DNA of 63,522 nucleotides, filler included, from Octopus bimaculoides (GCF_001194135.2; 3 parts of 3 records of this genome joined end to end with filler, not necessarily neighbours in it); one strand, 5' to 3'. Counted from the first letter of the whole stretch, positions 38,904 to 51,780 are shown. The notes: generated by a model not told the origin, from the sequence alone. Numbers and translations are program-made.

Positions 38904-39499
38904 TTAAGCCAGACTATGGAAGTAAAATATTAGCCTGTCATTAGAAGCAATGTTTTGGCTCCGGGTGTAATGGATTAAATCAGCCTCCTTGAGCTGTACA
39001 TTAACCCACCATCAGAGACATGTGTTAGCCCACTATTATTAAATGCTAACCCAGTTGGATTCATCTTAGGTTTTATTTTTTCTAAACCTACCAGTAATAG
39101 CTATCTAAATATATCAGTAAATTAACAATATTTCTGAACAATGTAACAGTGAAATGACTAAAAATGGACTATCCTAGAATGTCTGTGAACAAATGTAACA
39201 ATCAAAAGGCTACAAGTGGAATCTCCCAGTTAGTTACAGTTTGCATCGGTCAAGATTGACCATGCATCTGTCCATGTGCAGACTGGGGAATAATATTTGT
39301 CAAAGTCTCCACTCCAAGAGTTTCCCCAATCTAAAATCCTGGTTTGGTACTTTCGTTTTTTTTTCTATCATTCCTAAAAGGCTGAAAGGTAAGACTGATG
39401 TTGGCAGAATTTGAACTCAGAGCACAGAAAATAAGAGCAAATCTTGCAAGGCCGTTTATCAAACTCTGCAATGGACTCTACCAAGTCATTTCCTTGGAT

Positions 39500-39940
39500 T
39501 TTCCCAAGATGTCTGTAACAATGTGAAGGTGGGACAACTAGAAGTAGACTCTTCCAAGGTGTAAGAATGTGAGAGCGAAACTACTAGAAATGGACTCTCT
39601 CAAAATGACTGTAACAATGCAGAGGTGATACAACTAGAAGTGGACTCTAAGATGTAAGAATATAACAGCAAAACCACTAGAAATGGACTTTCCCAAAATG
39701 TCTGTAACAATGTGAAGGTGATATAACTAGAAATGGTCTCACCCAAGATGCCTGTAAGACTGTGACAGTGAAACCATTAGAAATAGACTCTCCCAGAATG
39801 TTTAACAAAGTAATGGCAATACAACTAGAAGTGGACTTCCCAAGATGTCTGTAAGAATCTGACAGTGAAACCACTAGAAATGGACTCTCCCAAAATGTCT
39901 AATAATATGAATACAACTAGAAGTGGACTCTTCCAAGATA
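39500..39940. repeat. Tandem array of 43-50 bp monomers alternating as A/B dimers
   Basis: Nine monomers beginning (C/T)TAGAA(A/G)T; ends alternate ..GAAACCA and ..ATACAA. Confidence 0.9.
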
Positions 39941-41679
39941 TAATATGGAACTATTGATTCAGCTAAAAGTAAATTCTCCCTTTGCTGTACTTTCACTTTC
40001 ATATTCAGGGTGGCCCACTACCCTGAATATATAGCTAATATATTTGTTAAAAGGCATGAAGACCACCAAATTTCATTCGGACCTCTTTTAGAATGACAGG
40101 GCCCCTCTGTTTCAAAATATCCCAGTTATCAAACATCAAAGATATTGCAAAACAATTCTAGTGAATCACAGGACACGACTGGGCAAGGTCACTGTGGCTG
40201 CTTCTAACCCTGGATTTCCTTTCCATTAATCATACCATTCCAATGCTACTTAGAAACCAAATACCAATTTGTGTAAATTCCATCACAAGTAATGGAAACT
40301 ATTGATAGGTTAATGGTTGGTGTCAGTAATTGAAAATTTTAAATAGGAACATTTAAGTAGCTGCCAAAAAGGATATTGAAATGTTTAGCAACTAATCTGA
40401 ACACTTTTAATTTTTGCATCTGAAATAAGAAAATTCTTTATTCATTGATTAAGTGGTTATGTTTTTGTAACAATTAGCCGTTCTTGTTTAGAAACTATCT
40501 GAGGGGGGCTTACCAAAGAAGGAAGTTCTAGCAATTTAGAAATCCAGACAATTTTTTTTTTTCCTTTTACTTCCAAGAGTCAGATGAAATATTAAAAATT
40601 TGTTCAGAAATGAATTTTAAGAAAAAAAGAAAAAAAAAAAAGTGTGCTATAATTTTGATTTTTAAGCTAAATATTTTCTAAGCCATAGTATCAAAATACA
40701 TCAATAAACACTAAAAAAAAAAAAATAAAATAAAATAAAAAATATTTGTTCGAAGATATTTAAATCCAAAATAAAACTGAGTGAGACTTTCTTCAAAATA
40801 TTTTGACTTTTGTTTGATGTACGGAGCAAATTAATTAAAGATTTCACTTGAAGAAGAACGAAGAAAGAAAGAAACAAAAAAAAAAAAAATCAGATTTCAA
40901 ATTAAAAAGTAAAAATGAAAGAAACCAAAAGAAACCCCCCCCCAAAAAAAACTATGCATCAGAGATTTATTCTTCTATTTCCTACTTAAAAGAAAAACGG
41001 TAAAATTACTGTTTTTCGTACAATAAAACTGAAGCATATCATTTACAATCTGAAGCGTTAAATATATTGCAAACAACCAAAAGTTATTCTCTTGCTTTTT
41101 TTTCTCCTAACTATCTGCAACACGTTGCTTCCGGCATTATTTACTTTCCAAATATTTCAAACTGGAAATCAATGGATTTCAATTCTAATTGAATTCTTCA
41201 ACTTTTGCAACCAAAATATTTTCTATTTATTTCCCAATCGAGGAGTTGAATTCTGATTTAGTTCAATATGGTTTATTGGTATTGAATTTTTGCAACAACA
41301 AAATTTCAAGATATTTTCTATTTAAAGGAAAAAAAAAAAAAAAGATTTGTCTGGAATTTATTGAAGTTTTATTTTGGTTTAAAATTTCAAACTGATACAC
41401 CAGAAATGTTTATCAAACATGTGGTGTCCCCTAGCAGACAATTCATACAAGGGAGATAATGATTCCTTCATAGTATTTGGCAGGATCAGAAGTTTGACTT
41501 TGAAATTAAGGAATTCCAAGGAATAAAAAGATGTAAGTCAAAGTTGGACCAAATGAGGAAGAAAATTGAACAAGAAGGAAAATGTTGATTTTAAAATTCA
41601 AACTTAAAATTCTAAAACTGGAAAATAAACATTAATTGTAATTCATTCATCATTTATAATCTACTTTTCCATACTAGAT

Positions 41680-41887
41680 GGGTCAGACGGAACTTAGTGA
41701 AAAGGGTTTTCTAAGGCTGGATGCCCTTCCTGTTGCCCACCCTCACCTATTTCTAAACAAGGTAATATTTCCCCATGGTCAAACATGTTTTGCTAAAGGA
41801 GACTGGAAACTAACAACCTCACTTGTATGACAGTGAAGCTTGTTTACAACCAACACATGATGTCAAGACAAGAATCTGCACATGGAC

Positions 41888-41926
<39 letters not shown>

Positions 41927-41930
41927 CACG
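41680..41930 (-). mobile_element. E-type 3' module fragment
   Basis: GGCTGGATGCCCTTCCTGTTGCCCACC..AAACAAGGTAATATTTCCCCATGG..AAGACAAGA then (CA)n. Confidence 0.65.
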
Positions 41931-43216
41931 CACACACNNNNNNNNNNTATAGTTTATGAAAACAGAGCACGTGGCCTCATGGGTGTTACGCTCACAAGTG
42001 TGAGGTTTTGGGTTCAATTCCCGGGCCAGGTGATATGTTGTATTCTTGAGAAAAAACATTTCATCTCACACCTGCTCTGTGATCACTTTAACATGTGGGA
42101 CATTATGACACCTGTGCAGGTAATGTCAATTTAATAGAGACAGAGTGAGTTAATGTGCAGCACAGATATTTTATCACAACAAATGAAGTATCTATGCAGG
42201 TTGTCCAGCAAGAAATTTGCAGAATTGTCTTTCTTGGACTTGAAAGACTACTAACAGCAACAACAAAAAACAAAATTTTATTTATTTGGNNNNNNNNNNN
42301 NNNNNNNNNNNNNNNNNNNNNNNNNNNNNNNNNNNNNNNNNNNNNNNNNNNNNNNNNNNNNNNNNNNNNNNNNNNNNNNNNNNNNNNNNNNNNNNNNNNN
42401 NNNNNNNNNNNNNNNNNNNNNNNNNNNNNNNNNNNNNNNNNNNNNNNNNNNNNNNNNNNNNNNNNNNNNNNNNNNNNNNNNNNNNNNNNNNNNNNNNNNN
42501 NNNNNNNNNNNNNNNNNNNNNNNNNNNNNNNNNNNNNNNNNNNNNNNNNNNNNNNNNNNNNNNNNNNNNNNNNNNNNNNNNNNNNNNNNNNNNNNNNNNN
42601 NNNNNNNNNNNNNNNNNNNNNNNNNNNNNNNNNNNNNNNNNNNNNNNNNNNNNNNNNNNNNNNNNNNNNNNNNNNNNNNNNNNNNNNNNNNNNNNNNNNN
42701 NNNNNNNNNNNNNNNNNNNNNNNNNNNNNNNNNNNNNNNNNNNNNNNNNNNNNNNNNNNNNNNNNNNNNNNNNNNNNNNNNNNNNNNNNNNNNNNNNNNN
42801 NNNNNNNNNNNNNNNNNNNNNNNNNNNNNNNNNNNNNNNNNNNNNNNNNNNNNNNNNNNNNNNNNNNNNNNNNNNNNNNNNNNNNNNNNNNNNNNNNNNN
42901 NNNNNNNNNNNNNNNNNNNNNNNNNNNNNNNNNNNNNNNNNNNNNNNNNNNNNNNNNNNNNNNNNNNNNNNNNNNNNNNNNNNNNNNNNNNNNNNNNNNN
43001 NNNNNNNNNNNNNNNNNNNNNNNNNNNNNNNNNNNNNNNNNNNNNNNNNNNNNNNNNNNNNNNNNNNNNNNNNNNNNNNNNNNNNNNNNNNNNNNNNNNN
43101 NNNNNNNNNNNNNNNNNNNNNNNNNNNNNNNNNNNNNNNNNNNNNNNNNNNNNNNNNNNNNNNNNNNNNNNNNNNNNNNNNNNNNNNNNNNNNNNNNNNN
43201 NNNNNNNNNNNNNNNN

Positions 43217-43655
43217 ACTTACATATTATTATTAAAAAAGAATTAATTATAAAAAAAGAATTATTATCAGTAGTAGTATTATTATTATTGTCATTATTAT
43301 TATTATTATCATTATTACTATTACTATTATTATTATCATTATTACTATTATTATTATCATTATTACTATTATCATTATCATTATTACTATTATTATTATT
43401 ATTATTACTATTATTATTATTATTATTATCATTATCATTACTATTACTATTACTATTATTATTACTATTATTATTATTATTATTATTATCATCATTATTA
43501 TTATTATTACTATTATTATTATTATTACTATTACTATTATTATTATTATTAGTAGTAGTAGTAGTATTGTCATTATTATTACTAATATTACTATTATTAT
43601 TAGTCGTTTTGTAGTAGTATCATCATTGTCCATCTATTTATTATTATTATTATTG
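43217..43655. repeat. Degenerate (ATT/ATC/ACT)n tract
   Basis: Direct reading. Confidence 0.97.
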
Positions 43656-44832
43656 TCCATCTAATTACATGACTAATTTGGTCCTGGATACTACAAAACA
43701 AAACAAAAAAGGAAACAAAACAAAAACAAAATAAACACCATTCCCTCAACGGTGGTTACCATAACAACAACATGAAAGTTTAATAAGGCATCAGACAAAC
43801 AAATGACACTGGAATTATAGGAGATTACCAAACAGGAGAAGGGAGAGGGGAGAAGCCTCTGTATGTGTGTGTGTGTGACTAACCCCCACCTTCCTCCTCC
43901 TGACACACCCATTCACTACCATTCCGCAGCATCAGAACCATCATCATCATCACCACCACAAACAGCCATCAAAACCAATGCCTACAAAGAGTTTTGTCTA
44001 TTTATGAAATCTTTCAATCTGAAGAGTTGCTGGTTAATTAGAACTTTGGAATCATTAACAAGGGAGGAAGGGAACACTAGGGTTGAAGAGGGTGGTGGCT
44101 GCGAGTGGGGTGGGTGGGNNNNNNNNNNNNNNNNNNNNNNNNNNNNNNNNNNNNNNNNNNNNNNNNNNNNNNNNNNNNNNNNNNNNNNNNNNNNNNNNNN
44201 NNNNNNNNNNNNNNNNNNNNNNNNNNNNNNNNNNNNNNNNNNNNNNNNNNNNNNNNNNNNNNNNNNNNNNNNNNNNNNNNNNNNNNNNNNNNNNNNNNNN
44301 NNNNNNNNNNNNNNNNNNNNNNNNNNNNNNNNNNNNNNNNNNNNNNNNNNNNNNNNNNNNNNNNNNNNNNNNNNNNNNNNNNNNNNNNNNNNNNNNNNNN
44401 NNNNNNNNNNNNNNNNNNNNNNNNNNNNNNNNNNNNNNNNNNNNNNNNNNNNNNNNNNNNNNNNNNNNNNNNNNNNNNNNNNNNNNNNNNNNNNNNNNNN
44501 NNNNNNNNNNNNNNNNNNNNNNNNNNNNNNNNNNNNNNNNNNNNNNNNNNNNNNNNNNNNNNNNNNNNNNNNNNNNNNNNNNNNNNNNNNNNNNNNNNNN
44601 NNNNNNNNNNNNNNNNNNNNTTTGCGGGTTGCACATCTAACACGTGCCTTGCATGTCGTCTGACAAGAGTGCAGAGTATACTACTAGCAAGAGTACAGCC
44701 TCCAGGAAGAGTGCACCTCACAAAGCTTCCACTGACAGAAATTCCTGATCGCATTCGACTGCAATGCAAAAACATTCATCAGATAGCCTATTATTTTGGG
44801 TCATCAGATAAATGTGTTTATAGTTTTTATCT

Positions 44833-45030
44833 TTTTACTTGTTTTAGTCATTTGACTGCGGCCATGCTGGGGCACCATCTTGATGAGTGTTTTAGTCCAA
44901 CAAATCGACCCCAAGGCTTATTTTTTTAAGCCTGGTACTTATTCTATTGGTCTCTTTTGCCAAACCGCTAAGTTAATGGGACATAAACACACCAACATTG
45001 GTTGACAAATACAGACATACAGACACATGC
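44833..45030 (-). mobile_element. SINE-A 3' half
   Basis: Same tail sequence as the other A copies. Confidence 0.85.
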
Positions 45031-45430
45031 GTACGCACACACACACATAAAATCAAGGGTGCGAAGTGTTTCATTAATTAATTAGTTAAAAAGCATATAG
45101 TAAATGCACAGACGAACAGAAAACAGACACAAATGGTCCTCAACTCCTCATCACGTTATCAACCAGGAGGTCAAACACAATTTCGCACCTTTAACAATAA
45201 TATTGCTTCCCATCTGGTGGTGATTGGCAAGAGCTGCCAGGAAACGGGACCGAAATATAACAAAATGAGAACAGACAAACAATAAATGGATAAATAAACA
45301 AATACAGAAGTGGACATGTAAAAATGAATAAATCTAATTCAATATGAGACTGTTAGTGGACAGACGAGGGACAAAAATGAAATAGACAAACAGAATATAG
45401 CTTTAGGACAGAAGTATGGGCCATGTATTT

Positions 45431-45588
45431 ATGACAGGCTTCTTCCAGTTTCCGTCTACCAAATCCACTCACGAGACTTTGGTTGACCTGAGACTGTTGA
45501 AGACACTTGTCCAAGGTGTCACACAGTGGGATTGAACCTAGAACCACATGGTTGGGAAGCAAGCTTCTTACCACACAGCCACACCTCC
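45431..45588 (-). mobile_element. SINE-A 5' half
   Basis: GGCTTCTTCCAGTTTCCGTCTACCAAATCCACTCAC..GGATTGAACC..CTTACCACACAGCCAC. Confidence 0.88.
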
Positions 45589-46138
45589 ACCTGTGTTTTT
45601 TTTTTGCTTTTTTTTCTTTAATTTATTTTATCCCTTTCCAATGTTATTTGAATGAACATGAATATTTTAATGGTTTTTCACTGCTCTAGTCTTTCTCTAC
45701 AATTTTGATTTATTAAAAAAAAAAATTTTTTTAAAGAAATCTGCATAAACTTTTCTTTTCAGACATAGGCACAGGAGTGGCTGTGTGGTAAGTAGCTGTT
45801 CTGTCCTTGTTCATCCTCTCTTTGTAATGCCTTTATGNNNNNNNNNNNNNNNNNNNNNNNNNNNNNNNNNNNNNNNNNNNNNNNNNNNNNNNNNNNNNNN
45901 NNNNNNNNNNNNNNNNNNNNNNNNNNNNNNNNNNNNNNNNNNNNNNNNNNNNNNNNNNNNNNNNNNNNNNNNNNNNNNNNNNNNNNNNNNNNNNNNNNNN
46001 NNNNNNNNNNNNNNNNNNNNNNNNNNNNNNNNNNNNNNNNNNNNNNNNNNNNNNNNNNNNNNNNNNNNNNNNNNNNNNNNNNNNNNNNNNNNNNNNNNNN
46101 NNNNNNNNNNNNNNNNNNNNNNNNNNNNNNNNNNNNNN

Positions 46139-46245
46139 ATATGGAGCCTGGTGTTGCCATCCGGTTTCACCAGTCCTCAGTCAAATCGTCCAACCCATGC
46201 TAGCATGGAAAGCGGACGTTAAACGATGATGATGATGATGATGAT
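46139..46245 (+). mobile_element. Family D 3' end
   Basis: TGGAGCCTGGTG..CCAACCCATGCTAGCATGGAAAGCGGACGTTAAAC(GAT)n. Confidence 0.88.
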
Positions 46246-46468
46246 ATATATGTGTGTGTATGTGTTTGTGTGTCTGTGTTTGTCCCCCCAACCATCGCTT
46301 GACAACCGATGGTGGTGTGCTTACGTCCCCGTAACTTAGCGGTTCGGCAAAAGAACCGATAGAATAAGTACTAGGCTTACAAAGAATAAGTCCTGGGGTC
46401 GATGTGCTCGACTAAAGGCAGTGCTCCAGCATGGCCGCAATCAAATGACTGAAACAAGTAAAAGAGTA
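46246..46468 (+). mobile_element. SINE-A 3' half
   Basis: Microsatellite followed by CATCGCTTGACAACCGATG..GAAACAAGTAAAAGAGT. Confidence 0.9.
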
Positions 46469-47237
46469 TATGACAACTGGGTACCGAGCAGGAAAGAAAC
46501 CCAACAAAACAACAAACATATCTAACAACTCAATATTTATGACTATGTTGTTTACCTTACCCAGGTCAGTACAGACAATGTGAAACTATGATCAGAATTC
46601 CCTCCATATTTATCCCATTGGCTATTTTCAGATATAGTCTATCTATATTTAGCACTACTTTATCCAATGCGCCATTCCTTTAAGAGAAGAGAAAAAAAAA
46701 GAAAAAAAAAGACAGTAGTTGTTGCAATTTACAAGAGATTTAGCTGTTATTTCTACCAGGTCAAGTCAAGTGACCATGAATAGGGCACCTCGTTAATTCG
46801 TGATGGCTGATATCCAAATATGATAGACCGTTTCTATAATTGAAGAACACACTGAAGAATTGGAATCATTGAAGAATACACAGAAGACCAGAAATGATTA
46901 GAATTCTGCAGTTCATGGAATAAAGCCCCGAGTTTTGTATTTATTTGTAAGAGTGGCTACCAATGTCCAAGGAAGATGCCAAAATGTATATATATCATCA
47001 CCGTCACCATTGTTGTTTAACGTGTCTTTCATGGATGCATGGGTAGGGTGGTTGACAGGAGCTAGCCAGGTAGAAAAACTACCCTAGGCCACTGTGTTGG
47101 TTTTGGCGGGGTTTTTATGGCTGGATGCCCTTCCTAACACCAACCACAGGTGAGGTTAGTTTTGGCATGATTTTTACAGCTGGATGCCCTTCCAGATGCC
47201 AACCATGTTACAGTGTGGACTGGATGCTTTTTACAGC

Positions 47238-47510
47238 TAAGTTATGGGGGACATAAACACACCAGCATTGGTTGTCAAGTGATGTTTGTTGGGGACACAC
47301 ACACACACAAACATAAACACACATACATGCATATATATACATATATACGACGGGCTTCTTTCAGTTTCCGTTTACCAAATCCTCTAACAAGGTTTTGGTC
47401 GGTCCGAGGTTATAGTAGAAGACACTTGCACAAGGTGCCACGCAGTGCAACTGAACCGGAACCATGAGGTTCGTAAGCAAGCTAATTATCACACAGCTAC
47501 TCCTATGCCT
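47238..47510 (-). mobile_element. SINE-A lacking the extreme tail
   Basis: Head, internal microsatellite and part of the 3' half are present. Confidence 0.88.
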
Positions 47511-47615
47511 ATATANNNNNNNNNNNNNNNNNNNNNNNNNNNNNNNNNNNNNNNNNNNNTTAATTAATTAANNNNNNNNNNNNNNNNNNNNNNNNNNNNN
47601 NNNNNNNNNNNNNNN

Positions 47616-47676
<61 letters not shown>

Positions 47677-48064
47677 GCTGTGGTTCGTCACCCCATCCAT
47701 GTACTCCACCCTTAAGGACATGATACCTTTAATTAACAATAGTGGTTTAGGTTCTGATATCCGTTGAGGTGTGATAGTTTAGGTAGTAGCAAAGACAATA
47801 CTTGCAGTAGTAGTACGTGTAGTGGCAAATATCGTGTATAGAATGTCTGTGATTGTTGTACATGTTGTTGTCATGTCTTTAAAAGAAGTGAATTAAGTGA
47901 TTTTGATATTGGTTATTGTAAAGTTGATGGCTAGTTTTTATGTGGTTCTGGTTGCAGTTGTGGTTGAAGTAATGGTCAGCGTGGTAGTTGTGGTGCAAGT
48001 TGTGAAGTTGTGAAGTTGGTAGCTGCAATTCTTGTGATTGCTGAATAGATTGTAATTGCGATGT

Positions 48065-48386
48065 GAAGGCGCATGGCTCAATGGTTAGAGCGTTGGGCTC
48101 ACAGTCATGAGATGGTGAGTTCGATTCCCGGTCCGGGTTGTGCGTTGTGCTCTTGAGCAAGACACTTTATTTTCACATTGCTTCAGTCCGCTCAGCTTTG
48201 GAAACGAGTTGCGACGTCATTGGTGCCAAGCTGCATCAGCTTTTCCCTTGGATGACATTGGTGGCATGGAGAGAGAAGACTGGAATCTATGGGCGACTGC
48301 TGGTCCCCCATAAACAACCTTGCCTGGACTCGTGTCTTGGAGGAGAACATTCTAGGTGGAATCCCATGACCAAAGGCAGCCTTTAC
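48065..48386 (+). mobile_element. SINE-B
   Basis: GAAGGCGCATGGCTCAATGGTTAGAGCG..GAGTTCGATTCCCGG..TTGAGCAAGACACTTT. Confidence 0.9.
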
Positions 48387-48626
48387 TCTGTAGTTGCGAT
48401 ATTCTAAAGGTGGTACTGTAATAATGGTAAAAGAAATTCTTTTATTATTCTATTTGTACTAGAGTGTCGAAGTTGTAGTGGTAGTTGTAAAGTGGTAGCT
48501 AATGTAGCGGCAGTGGGAATTACAGTAGGAGTAGTTGCTGTGGATGTTGTGCAAGCTTTAGTTGTGACGTTGTGAAACTAATAATTTCGAATTATAGTAC
48601 TGAAAAAAGAAAGTGTACGTATCTAT

Positions 48627-48674
<48 letters not shown>

Positions 48675-48742
48675 TTATTTATCTATCTGTCTATCTATCT
48701 ATCTATTTATCTATCTATCTATCTAAAATAATATAATACATA

Positions 48743-48988
48743 TATTCTAAAGAAAATAAAGTAAATTTGAATTCGAGATAGCTGTGAAAAAAAGCCTAGA
48801 AAATTGGGTTAAAGACGGAAAATAGTTATCAGTAGGTGGCTACAGAGAAACGAAAGAGGTACAGGGTTCATTTCTCCATAGCCGCCTGCTGGCGACCTTT
48901 TTCCAGCTTCTAGGTGTATTTGACCCAATTTTCTAGGAAGTTTCATAGCTATCCCGCATTCGAAATTTACTTTATTTTCTATAAAATA
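48743..48988. mobile_element. Fold-back palindromic MITE-like element, about 245 bp
   Basis: Left arm AGAAAATAAAGTAAATTT..GATAGCTGTGAAA..CCTAGAAAATTGGGTTAAA..GGAAAA..CAGTAGGTGGCTA..GAGAAACGAA is matched in reverse complement by the right arm, leaving a loop of about 12 nt. Ends are TA-rich. Confidence 0.8.
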
Positions 48989-49025
48989 CCAACATACTCA
49001 ACACTTCTAAGCTTATTTATAAGAA

Positions 49026-49087
<62 letters not shown>

Positions 49088-49874
49088 AAATAGTAAATGA
49101 GTATATATGCATATATACGTACAGGTATGTGCATACCGACATCCACCTGTATGTATAGGTGCATATCTGGGTATAGGACATTGCAAACAAACGTAGACGA
49201 GAAAACACACGAGCCACATAGAGAACATTCTACCCGCGTTTTAACACCGGCGTTTCGACGAACTTCGGGCAGGACGCATCGTTAAAACGGCTCATCCCAT
49301 GGACCGCAGATTAAATTTGTATACGCAAATTAAATCTAGCCATGGAGGAATGTAGTGGCGGACAAAAAACAACACAGGAAAACAAACAGAAAAGGCTTTA
49401 CGGCCAGACGAGAAAAATTATGTGTGTATGAACGCTGTGAAGCACGAACTTGAAGGGGACGAAGTGGTGCGTGCGTTTGCTCGGCGATAGCCAAGGAAGG
49501 AAAGGATTATTGACCGGAAGCATGTGACCATGCCGGTGTAAAGGGAAGAGAGAGAGTGATATATATATCCGAGTTTGCATGATTGTGTATAGAAGAATAT
49601 ATTGATCATTGAAATTCCAAGCTGGTCTGATTTTCACGTTTTATTATTACAATTTTACAATATTATGATAAAATATCATGTATTTATTGTGATGAACCTG
49701 ATCGTGTAACGCATGAAAGTACTAATTCTATCACAATAAATATATAACATTTTATTATTTTAGTATTGTAAAATTGTTAAAATTGTAAATAATAAAACTG
49801 GAAAATAATCAGACTCGGCTGGAATGTCATAATGCCAGTTTAACCAATAAATATATAAATATATAAATATATAA

Positions 49875-49907
<33 letters not shown>

Positions 49908-49994
49908 NNNNNNNNNNNNNNNNNNNNNNNNNNNNNNNNNNNNNNNNNNNNNNNNNNNNNNNNNNNNNNNNNNNNNNNNNNNNNNNNNNNNNNN

Positions 49995-50035
<41 letters not shown>

Positions 50036-50049
50036 TTTTTCCTTTAATC

Positions 50050-50260
50050 CTTTTTCGTGTTTCAGTGATTTTACAGCGACCATGCTGGAGCACCGACTTT
50101 TTATTCGAAGAGATCGATCCCAGGACTTATTCTTTGTAATCATAGTACCTATACTATCGGTGTCTTTTGCCAAGCCGCTAGATTACGGGCACGTAAACAC
50201 AGCAACGTCGGTTGTCAAGCGATGGTAAGAGAACAAACACGGATACACACACACACACAC
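50050..50260 (-). mobile_element. SINE-A 3' half, diverged
   Basis: GTTTCAGTGATTTTACAGCGACCATGCTGGAGCACC..GGTTGTCAAGCGATG. Confidence 0.82.
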
Positions 50261-51102
50261 AGCTCTTCTATTATCCTTTCGTTCTGGTCCAACAACTCCT
50301 CATGCTTGTTTTCGTTCGGTTTCCTTGTATGTCTCCACTGTCCTGCTCTTGTTCCAAACTCTTACCCTCCATAAATCCAAAATTTTATTTTAGAATTTAT
50401 GGGAGCAGGTGTCTTTGAAGACTCCTATTGTCGTTGAATGCTCGAAATGAGGAGTAGATAGTCAGCCGACAACTGATGAAGGTTCGTTTCTCTGTGTTTA
50501 CTTGTTCTGTTTTCCATTTTTTCTCTCGTTTACATATTTCCTGTTGTTTGCACAGTTGGTGACGCCCTGTACCCAAATATGCATATATATATATATATAT
50601 ANNNNNNNNNNNNNNNNNNNNNNNNNNNNNNNNNNNNNNNNNNNNNNNNNNNNNNNNNNNNNNNNNNNNNNNNNNNNNNNNNNNNNNNNNNNNNNNNNNN
50701 NNNNNNNNNNNNNNNNNNNNNNNNNNNNNNNNNNNNNNNNNNNNNNNNNNNNNNNNNNNNNNNNNNNNNNNNNNNNNNNNNNNNNNNNNNNNNNNNNNNN
50801 NNNNNNNNNNNNNNNNNNNNNNNNNNNNNNNNNNNNNNNNNNNNNNNNNNNNNNNNNNNNNNNNNNNNNNNNNNNNNNNNNNNNNNNNNNNNNNNNNNNN
50901 NNNNNNNNNNNNNNNNNNNNNNNNNNNNNNNNNNNNNNNNNNNNNNNNNNNNNNNNNNNNNNNNNNNNNNNNNNNNNNNNNNNNNNNNNNNNNNNNNNNN
51001 NNNNNNNNNNNNNNNNNNNNNNNNNNNNNNNNNNNNNNNNNNNNNNNNNNNNNNNNNNNNNNNNNNNNNNNNNNNNNNNNNNNNNNNNNNNNNNNNNNNN
51101 NN

Positions 51103-51137
<35 letters not shown>

Positions 51138-51360
51138 TCTATAGAGATCATGTAGTTTGTGGTCAATAGCACATTAGCATCCAGCATACAACTGGCTAGT
51201 GTAGAACAATACAAGGGATAACAATTGATTAATAAGATTTATTAATTAATGTATAAATTTCACTTCATACCATTACAAACTTTTGTAATAATTTCGAGAA
51301 CTCCGAATTCAATACCAACATGCATTGCACAGCATGCGATAAATATACATATGAATGAAT

Positions 51361-51575
51361 GGATGAACAAGAATGGGCAATCACAGTTCAGTGTAGCATA
51401 TGTTTCAGAAGTAAAAATATTCATCAAATTATATGTGTATAACATAATACAAAAATATTCCCGTCCACATCAGCCACGTGGCTGCCAGGTTCGAAAATCA
51501 ATTGATTTTGAGATATGTAATTTGATAGATGTATAACTTCTGAAACATACGTAGCATTGAACTGCTTGTTCATTC
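51361..51575. mobile_element. MITE-like element with imperfect inverted ends of about 55-60 bp
   Basis: CAGTTCAGTGTAGCATATGTTTCAGAAGT..ATCAAATTA pairs with TAATTTGAT..ACTTCTGAAACATACGTAGCATTGAACTG. Outer ATGAACAAG / CTTGTTCAT also match. Confidence 0.65.
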
Positions 51576-51780
51576 TGATAAAAATGAGTTGCATATTATC
51601 AAGATAATCACAAAATAAAATGCACATATATTTAATGCATTTAATATGTATGTTTCGAGTAGTTACGTAAGATAACTTCTTGACAATATATTTCAAAGTT
51701 TGTATGTATATGTGTGTTTTGTATGTGTGTGTGTGTGTGTGTGTGTTAGCATGTGTGCGTGCATGTGTGTGTGTGTACGT

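Noticed and set aside
50445-50500. GAAA and CTGATGA motifs in a repeat-like segment as a hammerhead
   Set aside because: No consistent stems I-III in any circular permutation.
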